A DNA stretch of 64,000 nt from Paramecium tetraurelia (GCA_000165425.1 CT868654.1:62001-126000); one strand, 5' to 3'; counted from the first letter of the stretch, positions 1 through 14,712 are shown. A program made the numbers and translations. Notes: generated from the sequence alone by a model not told the origin.

Positions 1-1403
1 ATTCAACACTACTAATGTTGAATTATCCAATAAACTCAAACTCACTGAAGATCAAAATGCCACCAATTAAAAGCAACTCATGGATCTTCAGAATGAATTG
101 AAGGACTCCTAAAAGTAATACAAAGAAGAAATGACTAAAATTATGCAAATCCTTGAAAAGACCAAAGAAAAAGTATTTATTATATCTAACTATTAATTAA
201 GTCTATTCATGAGCAGGAACTATTTAAAAACAGATTGCTTGAAAAGGATGATATTTTGAATGAAGCCAAAAAACAATTTGAATAAACTACTAAATAATTT
301 GAAAAGTATTTACTCATTGTATTTATATCAAAGGGAAAACGCTTCTCTTACTACATAACTATCATAAGCAAACAAGACTCTCTAGGAATAGGCTAAGAAA
401 AACTCTGATCTTGAGTTCAAAATTAGAGAATTGGAATCCAAATTACAAGAAAGCAATAGACAATACATCAAATCACTTGAACATTCTAAATAATTAGACA
501 TCGAAGTATAAGTTTATGCACTATATATAGCTCAAAAAAGCTATTTAGACTTCGTAAAAGTATTAGGAATAAATTATATTCAAAGAAGAAGAAGTATAAA
601 AATCAAAACAACTCTAATTGCGAATTCTACAAGATAATTCAGATTTAAAAGCTAAATTGGAGTCTCTATTGCAAATAAACTCAAAAAGCAAATCAAATGA
701 ATTGCAGAATCTAAAAAATCAGATACTTGAAAAAGATTAAGAAATCGAATTGCTCAAATAGCAATAAAGGTCTTTGGCAACTCAATTAAAAACTAGTTAA
801 GGCTATGCGAATAGATTTAAGTAAAGAAATAAACAATTAGAAATGGAAAACACTGAACTGTTAAAATCAAAGAATAATTTAGAGACTTTGTTCTAAGAGA
901 TACTCGATCAAACAAAATAAAAATCGAATGTCAAGAATTTATCTGCATTATCAAATAATCCTACTAAATATTAAATGAGTTTACTCTCCTAAAGAAAGAA
1001 TTATATGCAAGAAAACACTTCAACACACTCATAAGAAAATAGATCCTCAAGTCAAAAATCTAATAACACAACTCCAAATAAGGTTGGTAAGACTGGAGAT
1101 GTATCCTTTAAAAGAGCCATCCTAGTAAGTGGATAAAAAAAAACTGCTAATTCAGGGTCTTAAGACAATGTTCATGTAAAATAGTCTAATAAACTTCTCA
1201 ATGAAATTTAAGAACTTGATGAAAGCCAATAATAATAGAATAAATCTCAATCTTAGTAGGACAATTATGATTAATAAATGGGACATGGAGAATAGCAAAA
1301 TATATAAAAAGAGTAAGAACACAAGGACGAATAAATACTTGATGAATAAGAAAATAATGAGGAGGTTGCAGATTTTATTGAGGATGATAATGATCTTAAT
1401 TGA
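1..1403 (+). CDS. Coiled-coil protein, 5'-truncated by window edge
   Basis: Open in ciliate code, Q/E/K/L-rich heptads, short GT..AG introns near 173-201, 306-332 and 506-530; ends EDDNDLN-TGA at 1401-1403. Confidence 0.75.
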
Positions 1404-1427
1404 TATAATTTAACTGGTGATGTTTTC

Positions 1428-2959
1428 TCATTTTTTTAATATTTTATCTTTTAATTTTTCCATTGCATCTTTAACCACTTTAATTTCATCTTCCTTCAAA
1501 TCTCTTTTTATTTTTAAGAAGTTTTCAGGTTACTTTAAAATGGTTTCGACTACACCTAATACCTCATGCTTTATTTCAGATGAGATCAATACTTTAAAGT
1601 CTCTTGCTAAAAAGCTAATTTGTTTCTTTTAAAAATAACGGTCTTGTTTCATTTTACATATTTATTTTATAATATCGTATATATCTAATTATGTCTTCGG
1701 TATTTCTTCAAACAGTTTAAAAGTAGTTAAAAGTTGTATCATTAATTCTATGAAATCGAATTTCCTATTTTTGTAATTTTTAAAATCTAATTTTTAATCT
1801 TCTAAATTTTTGTCTGTTGTGGTGTAAAATTTAATAACATTTTAAATTTTATCAAATAATTCCTTTTTATCAAATAATTCCTTTTTATCAAATTATTCCT
1901 TTTTATCTAATTATTTCTTTTTATCATTCTCTTTGAAATCAAGTAGATTGATCCAGTTACAATTATTATTAATAAAGCACTTCATTAAAATTGAATTTAT
2001 TTGTTACTTATTTCTTTATAGTAAATTCCAAAATATAATATTGTATATATTCCTCATAAATTTACCCTTAGTAAATTTTGTTTTATCAATAATTTCTCTT
2101 TCTCTAAACTTCTAAAGTTTCTTCTTATATAATTCTTTATTCTATTCTGCTTCATCTTAAATAAATTGTTTATATTTTTAATGTACTTCTAAATTATAAT
2201 CTAACATCAAATCTATGTTTGCTTTTAAGTTTTCAACACTATCTATTGATTCGAATAGAATTATGAGATAAAAGGCATAATCATTTTGCAAGAATTTTAT
2301 GTTTCTTAATTCTTTGTCACTCTTTAATTTTTTTAAATAATTCTTCCTCTCATCAAAGCTGAGATTTAGTGCTAAATCTTTTTCTTTTTTGCAGTTAAAG
2401 TTTAATACCTAATTAATTTGATCAATATAAATATGATAGAAGTCCAAGATCATCTATTTGATTTCAGTTTTTGAAAGCTTTTCAAAATTCAATTTCAGAA
2501 CAATTGCCAAATGTAATAAATTAACTTAGGCTTCTTTGTCAAAATATGGATTTTAAAAAAGGTCTTTAAAAACTGTTAAATATGGCTGATGTTTTTCTTC
2601 ATCTAAGACATACTGACAAAGATTCCTTTAATCTAGCATAATTATTTAGGTCTTAGAAAAAGACTTGTATTAAATGTTATCTGATTATTATTCTTATTAA
2701 ATGTTATCTGATTTTTATTATTATTTAACAATTTGCAATTACTCTTGCAGTTTTTATTTTTCCTAAGCGATATTTAGTTCCTCCTCAATTTTCCTTTTAT
2801 CAATCTAGAATTATCACATATCAATACATCCAGTATTAATGTTTGATTCCCATCCTGAGTTTCGGCACCTTTGCTGTTATGATATTCCTCTTCAATCTTA
2901 TCCTGATTATTTGACTCTGGTTACTCATCCATCCCATCGGCATCACTATAAAAATTCAT
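1428..2959 (-). CDS. Hypothetical K/E/Q-rich protein with internal tandem repeats
   Basis: ATG at 2959 (MNFYSDADGMDEQPES...), ends KDKILKK-TGA at 1430-1428. Confidence 0.7.
1847..1926. repeat. 18-bp coding tandem repeat, about 4.4 copies
   Basis: Unit TTTTATCAAATAATTCCT; encodes DKKKQL-DKKEQF-DKKELF-DKKELF on the minus strand. Confidence 0.9.
2669..2722. repeat. 27-bp coding tandem duplication
   Basis: ATTAAATGTTATCTGATT... starts at 2669 and again at 2696. Confidence 0.8.
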
Positions 2960-3057
2960 AATAAAAATATTATTAATATTATCTATATTTTTTTCGAATA
3001 TAATAAAAATTTGGATATTAAAAATAACCCATAATATTTAATATTGTTTTTTGTAAT

Positions 3058-4179
<1,122 letters not shown>

Positions 4180-4218
4180 ATTAGATATTAATAATAAATA
4201 ATACGTATGATAACACGC

Positions 4219-4957
4219 TCAGTTAAATATTATTCTTTTCCAACCAATAATTACCTCATCCTTGTCCCAGGATTAGTTAAATTGATCTTCAAAACTAAAT
4301 AATAGTAAAATTGCACTCTATACCCAACTCTAATATAGGTGACAAAGTAATTGCCATCTTTGCATTCCACCTTGACTCTCCTGGAATACGATTCTGCAAT
4401 CCATCCAGCATCCTCATAATTCTGTTCAGCTAAATCAATGTATCCATCTCCCACTCCTACAACTACAGCAACATGACCCCAAGGTTGATGTTAACTTTAT
4501 GGAGCTAGTAGTAAATCACCAAATTTAGGTGGTCTAACATGAGAATTCAATATATACTCAGTTCCACCTTGTTTGAATCCAACAAATGGAAACGTGCCAG
4601 ATTCTTTTGACAAATCTTCTACTGTTTCCAAGTTCCAAATATCAGGTGCTTTCTAAATATCCGTAAACATGGTTTTATAATTCAACACAAAAAACCTTCG
4701 AGCAAACTCGACACATTAATATCTATTTTCAAATATCTATCTTACTTGTAGCCCATAAAAATATCACATCTCAATCCAGATTCTTCCTTTTTATAGTGAA
4801 TCTCATAGAGGTAAAACCTTGTTCTATCATAATTTGGTTCGCAATTCGAATACCCGATGACACCACCGTGTGCCACACCGATCTAGGAACCCCAGGGAGG
4901 ATGCTACTTAATCATTGACCCAAATAGATATTCTATTTTCTTAAAATATTTATGCAT
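4219..4957 (-). CDS. Standalone CHAP-domain protein, glutathionylspermidine-amidase-like
   Basis: After splicing: GYKYQCVEFARRF, WGHVAVV, LAEQN, IIGW; three short introns (about 4723-4745, 4535-4558, 4295-4323). Confidence 0.85.
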
Positions 4958-5042
4958 TATTAAAGAATAATGATATGGAACTCAAACAGTTTTCAACAAA
5001 TTAAGTAAGAATTAAAAAAGGATTATTTCTAGAATTTCAAAT

Positions 5043-5850
5043 ATGTAAAATTCACCACTTTCAATATAACTACTCCACTAGATCCTTTTGGATGTATAAA
5101 TAATTTATATAAATCTCTTATTGATTTTACTGTCCATGCTGAAATAACTGAAGAGATGTGGTTTCAGGTCTAAGTCACTTCCAAGAACGATTCCTTTGCT
5201 AGTTCATAAGTTTATTAACACTCGAGGACGATATATCAGAAGAAATGCCATCAAGGCTTGTGCATTTGGACCTTTTGAAACTCCAAAGACTATTTCCCGT
5301 CGAAAATCATGCGAGGGAGAAGCCTTTGGCTACTTTAAATCGAGTAAGGAGTGGATGCAGTTAGTCAAAATTGATCATCCTCAACATCGCAATTAGAATC
5401 TAGCTAGGATTGTATTTTTGAGACTAAAGCGTGGGAATTCACAAAGCCAGTCAAAGCGCGTTCTTTCTTTAAAATAGTGTACTAATAGATACATTATAAT
5501 TAGGCTTCAAAGACTAAGTAAATTTGCTACGTATATTATCTACATTTAAACCAAAAGTAACTGTTTAATAAGTTGATTTGATCAATCAGCCGAAGAAAAT
5601 TTCTGTGCCTCCTTTGCCATCTCCTAAGGCTAAAGTGCATACCAAATTATTCCAATTCAATAAATCGATTACAATCGATCAACCTCTTTTTCCAAAAAAG
5701 GTCCATAGAAATTGGAGTCAATTGGAGATGCTGTCACCTTAGAAGACAACTACTTAACCTGCATCCAATTATGCAAGTCCAAGGAAATTCAAGAAATCAA
5801 TAATGAACATATACGGAATTTCAAATACTATGCATCTCTTAAAGTACTGA
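5043..5850 (+). CDS. Hypothetical basic S/P/K-rich protein
   Basis: Frame open from ATG 5043 (or 5137), intron about 5479-5503, TGA 5848-5850; start uncertain. Confidence 0.55.
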
Positions 5851-5878
5851 TTTAATTTCAATTAAAAATATATAAATG

Positions 5879-6742
5879 TCAAATTGATTTATAAATTATG
5901 AAAATCATAGCACAATATGCCAAGAACAAACCAAAATCTTTGGCCAAATAGCTTTCACAGTATTTTCCTTTCAATTTTAATAAGTCAATCACTTCAGTTG
6001 TTTTTTCCTGAGTGTTGTTGGTTTAATTGCTACGGAAGAAATAATTGAAGTGAGCAACTTGTTATTAAGAAATAGGAAGTGGAGTATCTACTACATACCA
6101 TTGTACCAACTGTTCGCAATCCAAAAGATGAGAATTGAAAGTACCCATATAAGTATAGAATGTTGAGTCCAAGGGGATCTATGAGCCAAGGGAATTGTGA
6201 AAATTGATGGTCAGAGTCGTAGTGTTCTGATATTTCAAGATCTTGAAATAGTAATCATCAAAAAATGGTTGTGATTTCTTTTTATCAATTTTGAAAAGGA
6301 TAGATACTATGGCCATTTGCGAATTAGAAATTAAGCCATCTTGCAATTGATGATGAATTAGCATCTCCAAATCATATTGAGTTCCCTCTATTTGGTGTTC
6401 AGATGGGGATCTAAACTCAAAACTAGTTGCAGTGTAGGCTTTAAAAGATATTTTTAGAACTAATACCATTCAGTTTGCCTTGCATATCAGATGCTGAGAG
6501 TGTTGAAATGGGAGCAATTGTATAGATTGTCTATAGATGTTTGGCAATTTCAATGGTGAGTGGGTAATCTGCAAAGGATAGATTGAACTCCATTGTGTTG
6601 TCACATACGGATTAGGTTGGTTTGAGGTTTCTGGTTGTAAAGTAGGGGATATCATCTGCTTATTTCATTTTTTTAATATACCTGAACATATCGCAAGAGC
6701 TTGATTGATATAAAATAAAATGAAAATTGTGCTTAATATCAT
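5879..6742 (-). CDS. Alpha carbonic anhydrase-related protein, probably inactive; signal peptide and C-terminal hydrophobic anchor
   Basis: SFEFRSPSEHQIEGTQYDLEMLIHH, MAIVSILF, YTYMGT...CEQLVQWYVVDTPLPIS; N-terminus MILSTIFILFYINQALA; C-terminus FGLFLAYCAMIFIIYKSI. Confidence 0.85.
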
Positions 6743-6819
6743 AAATATAATATTTAATTCATGTACTTTCAATGAACAAATTTATAGTATAGAATAAGTA
6801 CTTTTCCAATTGTTAATAT

Positions 6820-7452
6820 TCAAACCAAAGTCATCAATATCCCTTTCTTATACGATTCCCTATTCTTAATCATAGTTGCACGTTGTTAAGTTATCTTCAC
6901 TCTACTCTAGATCTCCTCGGTCTAAATTAGTAACTCTCTTACATCTTCAATATCTCTTAGTAGTTTCTGCTTTTTTAATTCAGAAGAATATACAGGATAC
7001 CTATTTAAGTGTCTTCTGCTTCAAGTAATCGTGAATTAAGATGATTTAATTCCTTCATTTACGAATCCAATCAAAATTCAACCCACTGATCTGAGATGGT
7101 TATGTTGTTTTGACAATTTTGCTAAAGTGGGTTTACTGTTGCTTGTCAATATGTAATTGAGCCTCAACCTCTTTTGTCATTCTGTGTAAAGCATCTTATT
7201 TATCTCAACTTCAATACAAATTCCTGTTTATTCCTAGGATTAAATGAACCATATTCTTTTCCGATAAATTTGAACTACGAAAGACATTGATCGTGTAGAT
7301 TACTTGTTATTCAGCCTAAACATGAATTGGTTTCATCTTCTCCAATGTGAGTTGTTTCCTCTAAGTCTTGGAGAGTTTTTTATCGAGGTTTTTGAGTTCA
7401 TCAAATTTTAAGTGAAGAAAATATCATATTATCGAAACATGTTTGAATCCAT
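6820..7452. other. Coding-like interval with unresolved frame and strand (small gene or pseudogene)
   Basis: Less AT-rich than typical spacers; minus-strand segments read as helical protein but need several frame changes; one plus frame is open from about 6824 to 7273. Confidence 0.3.
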
Positions 7453-7463
7453 TAATTAATTAA

Positions 7464-8141
7464 TCATATTTTATAGTATATCAACATTAAATTTCCTAGT
7501 GTCAACACTCCAATCAATCCCAATTTCAATGCTTTACTAAAGAGCTCTCTGTTCTCCATATCTCTCACATTTCTCCCAGTCTCTTTGACGCCTTTTCTAA
7601 TATCATCTGTCTTAATAAATCAACTAATTATTATACCCCTTCAATGCCTATCAACAATTTCTTCTTTTGGTCATCGAGACCCTTCATTAATCCTACTTGC
7701 AAGTCTTCAGTTTCGACTAATACTTTATGGCAATCCTATAATTGATTAGTTTGCGTTTCTAGTTCATTTGTATTCTTTTCTTATCTCCTTCTGTTGTCCA
7801 AATTTAATGATGGCTGAGACTATTCAATGGATTTTGCTTATTCAATGGATATCAGATTCTTTTAGGCAGTTGAGAAATTTCCTAAGTGCTATTTTAATTT
7901 TGTTTCTAATTCAGCCTTCAAAGTTGATTAACAATGCTTGAATTCAAGTTTCATCAAATTTAACTTAAATTATAGATATATCCATGCTTACTTTATCCTC
8001 TGCTTATTTCAGTTTGGTTTTCAATATCTCCAAAGTGGCCTCCTTAGATTAGGTGAGAGAGTATCGTTAATAGGCAGTGTTAAATTCATCTAGTAAACTT
8101 TGAAAGGCAATCTCATTTTTATCAAATATCGCTCGAGACAT
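7464..8141 (-). CDS. Qb-SNARE, Vti1-like
   Basis: N-terminus MSRAIFDKNEIAFQSLLDEF, helical Habc-like region, SNARE-like heptads, C-terminal TM LGLIGVLTLGNLMLIYYKI-TGA. Confidence 0.7.
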
Positions 8142-8173
8142 TTATAAATAATAACAAAATTAACATAAACAAT

Positions 8174-9895
8174 TCAGAGATTCTTTGAGATTCTCATTGT
8201 CTTCTATCTTTTCAAACTCACTCTAATGCGGGATTGCTTCTCTTAATTTAATTGATTTGAATCCTCATCTAGAAAGATAAACGAGCTCTACTCTAGAATC
8301 GAACTTACAAATCTTTCCACATCTGAATGAATGAAGAATTAATTCTTCACTTGCATAGCAAATATATCATTGTTCAACTTGAAGATTCTCTGTCTCAAAG
8401 TAACAATTTCCAATGTGTCTCTAGAAAACCTCAATTACAATTTGGCAGCCTTCAATTCCAATCTGAATTTCTTGATCTCCCTCTACTCCCTAATGTGAGA
8501 CCGATAACGATCCCTCATCAACAAAGTGATAAACTAATTCTAAAAGTACGCTTGATATCCCTTCTCATAAAGATACTTGATCCAAGTGATGAATCTCTTA
8601 TCCATTTTTTATAGAGACGGAATGGAGTGCACCTTCAAAGTGTATTGATCCCATTTTTGAATCATCTTAGCCTTGTATTCTCTCACATTCCTTACAAATT
8701 GATTAAGATTCAACTTGATTAACTGCAACTTCCCACTCGTTATCATAGCTTTCTTCTTGAACATGTACAACGAAGCTCTCCACTTCAACAAAGGCATTAC
8801 AGAACCCAAAGAATTGTGAATCAATCGTCTCCTTGCCTACTTACAATACATCATCAAAGATAACACAGTGTCTCCAACTACTCTATGCAGAATGTCTCCT
8901 CTCTCCTTCTATTGTTTCTCTCTAAATGTCTTGATTCTCAGCTGTAAACCTATCACCATCATCTTATTCTTCATCAATTACTTTCTCCTCTATTATAACC
9001 AAGTCTACAATTTGTCTACAAGCTTGATATAATAAAGTAATTCAAACCAAAGGTATTTCTATTCTCTTCTCCTATCCCTGTTTCTTAAGGCTGATGTTAT
9101 CAACTTGTATTCATCATGTGCCCATTCCTTGGCCTTAAATTCAAGACTCTTCATTTAGCTTGCTTCCAACATAGACTTCTTTTGCAAATTCCTTGTTTTC
9201 AATACCTACAAGAAACGATCTGATCGACTAACTTCAATCTCGAATTTGTTCACTTTTTTGACTGCCAAAACTTTATTCTGATTCACTATGAATTAAGGAG
9301 TCCTTGGTATCTCACTCATTGGAATTCTATCATGATTACTTGTCATACGAACCAATTTGCGAAATGAATCTGCCTATCCGAAATGAACCATGAATTTTAT
9401 ATCTGTTTATTTTCTTGCAACCACTGCCAAATTTAATTTATCTTCTCCATTATGTCTCACAGCCCATTGTCTACTTCGAATGACTTGATCACAATTGAAT
9501 TTGGTTGGATAAGGTGAATTAAATGAAATCATTATCTAAAACTCACCATCACAAAACATCGAACAATTCAAAGGCGATTTCTAACCTCGAGTCCCAATAT
9601 TGCAATAATAAAACTCCATAGGAGCTACCTTGTAAACCTTCCCAGATATTATCGTCCCTCCCAATTGACATTCACATTGTACACTTGGCTCGGTATTGAC
9701 CTACTTCACTATCTCACGCACACTCTTTAATTCTTCCACGCTCTCCAAAATATTCCAAGTTCTCTAAAACCGCTCACTTGTTTCCTCCAGAATCCTAGAT
9801 TGATCAATTACTCCCGATCCACTAGTTTGTGATCTATAATGAGAAATAGAGGGAGAATTTAATTGATTAATTGGTCTTATTATTGATTTCTTCAT
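8174..9895 (-). CDS. Hypothetical protein
   Basis: Long ciliate-code ORF from ATG 9895 (MKKSIIRPI) to RISKNL-TGA at 8176-8174. Confidence 0.7.
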
Positions 9896-10023
9896 TTTAT
9901 AATTATTATGATTACAATTAATTTGATATCATTCTTAATTATATTTTTTAATTATTCTCTACGCAAACTATGCTAAATTATATATATAAGTTTATAATTA
10001 AGATTGATTAATTATTATATTAA

Positions 10024-12228
10024 ATGAAAGATTCTGAAGAAAATAAGGGAGGTATAAAATGCTAAATATGCAAAAATAATCCAGTTACTCTTGTTCTAGT
10101 AAATAAAAGAATACTGGATAACTAAAGATTATTGTGTGACCGTTGTTATCACAGTTATAAAGGAAGCGAAAATTCAAAAAGTTATTAGAATTTATTAGGA
10201 GAAGTGCATCAAAAAAACGAGCTAAAAGAGATATAAAGAAAGACAATTGCTGATTAGCAGATTAAATCCATTAAAATATTATTATAGTTACTAAATTCGT
10301 ATAAAGATGATCTCATGAATAAAATAGATAACTTAGTCTATTGGGTAAATTAGTGGATTAAAATAATTGAGAAAATTAAAAATGATCATCAAAATAGTAA
10401 TTTTTCTGATGAAATTGATTCTCTTTTATTTCCAAATTATATATAGGAGCAAATGGAAGTTCTGATGTTTAAACGCCGAATCAAATATTGGAATTTTTAG
10501 TATTGCAATTAATTTATAATTGCCATTCAAAATTTTGCAAATGCATCGAAATTACAAGAAAGCTACAAACTCTTAGTAGATGCTTTATTTTCGATTGAAC
10601 AAAAGATTGAAACGAAACCTTCTGATATAATAAAAGCATTAAATGATAAAACATGCCCTTTGCATTAAGAAACAATAAATAGAGTGTACTATCAAAATTT
10701 GCAAAATCCAATAGGAATATTATGTAACAGTTGCGAAAATAAATATGGGGAGGAGTCTTTGGAAACTTTTGGTCAAAATTGGTCAAAATTTCTGAAGAAG
10801 AAGGAAGGAGGATTGGAAAAATTCAACCAATTTTTGAAAGAGAAAATTAAACAAAATATTGAGATCCAAATAAAAAATTAAGTTTAAATAAATTCTTTTT
10901 ACAATAAAGGAATAAATAATTTAGTTTAAACTGGATCAATAGAATTGTAAAAACAATTCAAAGAAATAGAAGAGCTAAAAATAATTGAACGAGACTTGAA
11001 GATTGAAATCATGATCTCAAGTATCTTATAATTTAATAATTTAAATAATTTAAGATTTGATTAAAACAGATAAGAAAATTAAATTATTACTCATTCTAAT
11101 CCAATAATTCAAATAGATACAATTTTGAAAGAGTAAATTAAAAAAAATTCACCATTTTTGGATGATAAATCTAATTTTTTATATGATGTGAATTTTGATC
11201 TGGCTCTATATGGACCTGTTTAATGGAAGCTAGTATCTTAATGTGAAAACGAGAATTGTACTGTAATAGCAATTAATTCTTCTAAATAACTAATGGTTAC
11301 TAATTAAGGCAACAAAATCAATATATATCAACTAAAATATCCAAATTAGGAAAATCAACTAAAGTAACTATCTTGGGAAAAAAAATTATAAGTTCATAAA
11401 CAGCATAATGAGTTATCCATAACTTGTATGATCCACAGTAAATAATACAATTCATTTGTTACTGCGGATGAGTAGCTTGTCATTTGGAAATATTGTGATA
11501 AGATAGATGTGTGTCAATAACTAGTTATTGAAAAATAAAATGGCTATATTAATTGTTTAATAATCAATAAAAATGAGACTTAATTATTTAGTGGAGGAAA
11601 ACAGATACAAGTTTATCATCTCAATTTTGAAACATATTCCGTAAAGTATGAATACTCTTTAATAGAACATAAAGAAAAAGTTTTGAGTTTAAGCTTAAAT
11701 GACTCTGAAACATACTTGATATCATATAGTGCAGATAAATTGATAAATATTTGGTTTAAAGGAGAAAAAAAATGGATAATTAAGTAGAGTCTTAAAATAA
11801 ATTTATAGGAATATAGTAATACAATATCTTTTATTAAAAATGATTTATTTATTTTGGTTACAGATCTCATCACACATAAGAAAAATATAATTAGTTTCTA
11901 TAAAAAAACAGGAAGTGACAATCCATTTTAGGAATAAGTAAAGGAATAGTTATAAATAAAGTATTAGTCTGAGGATGATAAAAAGAATCTTGATTAACCT
12001 GGATTTCCTATTATTTAAATAGAAAATAAAAATCTTATATTTATAAAGAATAGAAACTATATCTATACTATAAGATAGGAATTAGATGGATTATATGAAA
12101 CAACTCAGAAGATTATGGAATTTTCAAGTTCTTCTATATTTGGTAACTCACTATACATCCCAGAGAAAAACGAATTATATTTGGTTATTTGGGATAAAAT
12201 ATTAAAAACCTATCAAATTATGATCTGA
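10024..12228 (+). CDS. WD40-repeat protein with N-terminal Cys/His motifs (expanded Paramecium-type family)
   Basis: CQIC, CCDRC, CPLH, CNSC motifs; WD repeats such as HKEKVLSLSLNDSETYLISYSADKLINIW; TGA 12226-12228. Confidence 0.75.
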
Positions 12229-12375
12229 TCTGTATCACTAGAGAGATTGATTAATTTATTTATATTAATTTTAGTATATATTGAATATATAGACCTGTAA
12301 AAAAATGAACAAAATATCTTTATAAAAGTAAATTTTTTTTAAATGCACTTATTTTTTTGATGTTAAATAATCTTT

Positions 12376-14478
12376 TCAAGGTCCAGAATTTTACCAATTG
12401 GTTCCAGTCATTTAGTTAGGTTTTTGATCTCCAGTATGACCACCATTGAGCATGTGAGTCAAGATTTCTTTAGTATACTTAAAGGAGGTATTTAAAAATG
12501 ATTACCTTTAGTCTTTTTGCCATTTCAGTATTTTAACTATCAAGAGCAGTAGCTAAAGGATAATAACTTCTTTCTCCGGTTTTGTTTACGTATGTAACCA
12601 TCTTATGTTCTGATGACAAGATAATCTCCGTTTTGTCAGTGAAATTAACCTAAACATGTGGATAATTGAATACTTAGACAATTTTGTTGGACAATCTAAA
12701 CATGATAGCATGTCTTGTTTTCATCCACTTTTTAACATAGACTAATTGTTTACTATCATATTCTTCAAATGCCATATCCTGTTTATTTTATTCTCCTTCA
12801 AGATAGCTTCTAAAATGTTGTAGTAAGGTAACTTTCTTTTAGAGATCTCTAGGATAGTCATTTAAATTATGGGATTCGCAAATATCCTATTTGTCAGTTC
12901 CTCTTCTTTCCATGTACTCAAATTGCAGTGATCTGGTATCCAATATGATTTTGGTAGAATCATTGAAGAAGACTCCTGTGGCCCCATTGCTTAATAGATA
13001 TCCCAATCCATATTTGCTGGAATAGTCAACCCACTTTTTCACATAGATTTCTTATTTTTGTTGAGGTGATTTTTAGCCAAGATTATTGACTGAATGAGTG
13101 GCTTGCATTCCAGTGGCACCAAAAGGAGTGTTGAGTGCCTTTTAACTTTGACTACTTCTGATGTCATTGGGTTTTTGGGATTGAGGTCTTTGTGAGCCAC
13201 CATAACCAACATTTTGTGCATTGTTCAATCCACTGGATCCGAAGTTGTCTTCTAAGATATTCCCACTTGAGCTAGGTTTCTACACTAAAAGGATAATGAG
13301 TAATGAATACATGGGAAACGATCAGATGAGCCATTGCCTGGTCTTTGCTGATTTTTCTAATTGTTTGGAGTAGTCTCAGTCAATCTTTGAGGCATAGCAT
13401 TTACTGACATTTTCAGACTACTTGAATTGGTGGATGGTTGGAATTGTTTATTATAAGAGGCTGAAGGAGGACAAGCAAGAGTAGATAGGGGGAGTGTCTT
13501 TGGTATAGATCCACCTGTGTTCATGAATGGGTGAGCCATTATCTCATCCAAAGTGGGTCTTTTAACTGGATCCAAGTTCAGAATTCTTGTGATGAGATTC
13601 TTGGCTGCATCAGATATGAGGACATGTTCTGGAAAAGTATATGAATTCAATCTGATTTTCCTATATGTAGTTTTGACGTCTGGGGTTTCAAAGGGAGGTT
13701 TTCCAATTAACATGGCGTAGATTATAACTCCCAATGACCAGACGTCCACTTCAAAGGAGTGACCAACTTTTCCATCCAAAACTTCTGGGGCTATGTAATT
13801 GGGTGTTCCACAAATAGTTCTTTTCTTCTCTCCGTCGAATTCCAACTTTGTTGCCAAACCAAAATCTCCCAATTTCAGTTCCATCGACTTATTGAGGAAC
13901 AGATTTCCTAATTTGAGACTTAAAATATATGTCAAGTTACTCTCTATGAATCACATTACTGGCGTGTAGGTATTTGAGTGCGTTGATTATCTATGCAACA
14001 TAGCATTGCACTTCTATTTCTGTTAGTCTTTTGCGTCGTTTTATTAATTCATTTAGAGTCTAATTTAAATGGATGATGCTTACTTGATTGGAACATAACT
14101 CTAATAAAATGTATACATTTTCGTGATCCTCAAAGACATGCTCGAATTGCACAATGTTTGTATTTTGCAAACTCTTGTGTATTTTTATTTCTGAAATAAG
14201 CTAATTGATTACATCATACATAATTACCTTTTAACGAGCTCTGTTCTTAGTTAAACTGCTTTTAGCTATTATCTTGGCAGCCAAAACTTTCTTTGTCTCC
14301 AAATTTGTTGCTTCGTAACACTTGGCAAAACCACCCTTTCCTAAGAACTTCCCTCTTTAGTATCTTTTTATTGCCACTTCCCCATTAACTTTAGTGATTT
14401 TTTCTTCAAAGATCACTACCTACTCAGAACTAGATTTATTGCTAATTTTTACCCATCTGCTGTGGTTTTTTCGTCCAT
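12376..14478 (-). CDS. PLK: Polo-like kinase
   Basis: [53 protein letters not shown]; polo boxes [16 protein letters not shown] and [18 protein letters not shown]. Confidence 0.97.
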
Positions 14479-14712
14479 TATTTTTTAAACTATTTAAATT
14501 ATTATCTGATTTTTATATATTATAGACATACTTACAGATTCCGATTCAATCTCGCTATAGAATGAGACTGTGCAACCGTGATACACCCTAGAATATGAAT
14601 GACGAGAGGATCAAACCATCCAAAAGCATAACGAATAATTAATCGATGAAATCAAAGACTTGTTTGAATTGAGAATCGAAATAAATATATGAACTATATT
14701 ATAATTAATTTA

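Noticed and set aside
1847..1926. Short repeat array as a possible CRISPR
   Set aside because: Head-to-tail units with no spacers, in frame within a eukaryotic CDS, and no cas genes.
4958..4977. 17-bp divergent spacer using the ATG at 4975
   Set aside because: The frame from 4975 does not join the main ORF; the plus gene more plausibly starts at 5043 or 5137.
14563..14673. Short plus-strand ORF (MRLCNRDTPQ...) between PLK and the ATG12-like gene
   Set aside because: Only about 36 codons with no recognisable motif; may be chance or UTR sequence.
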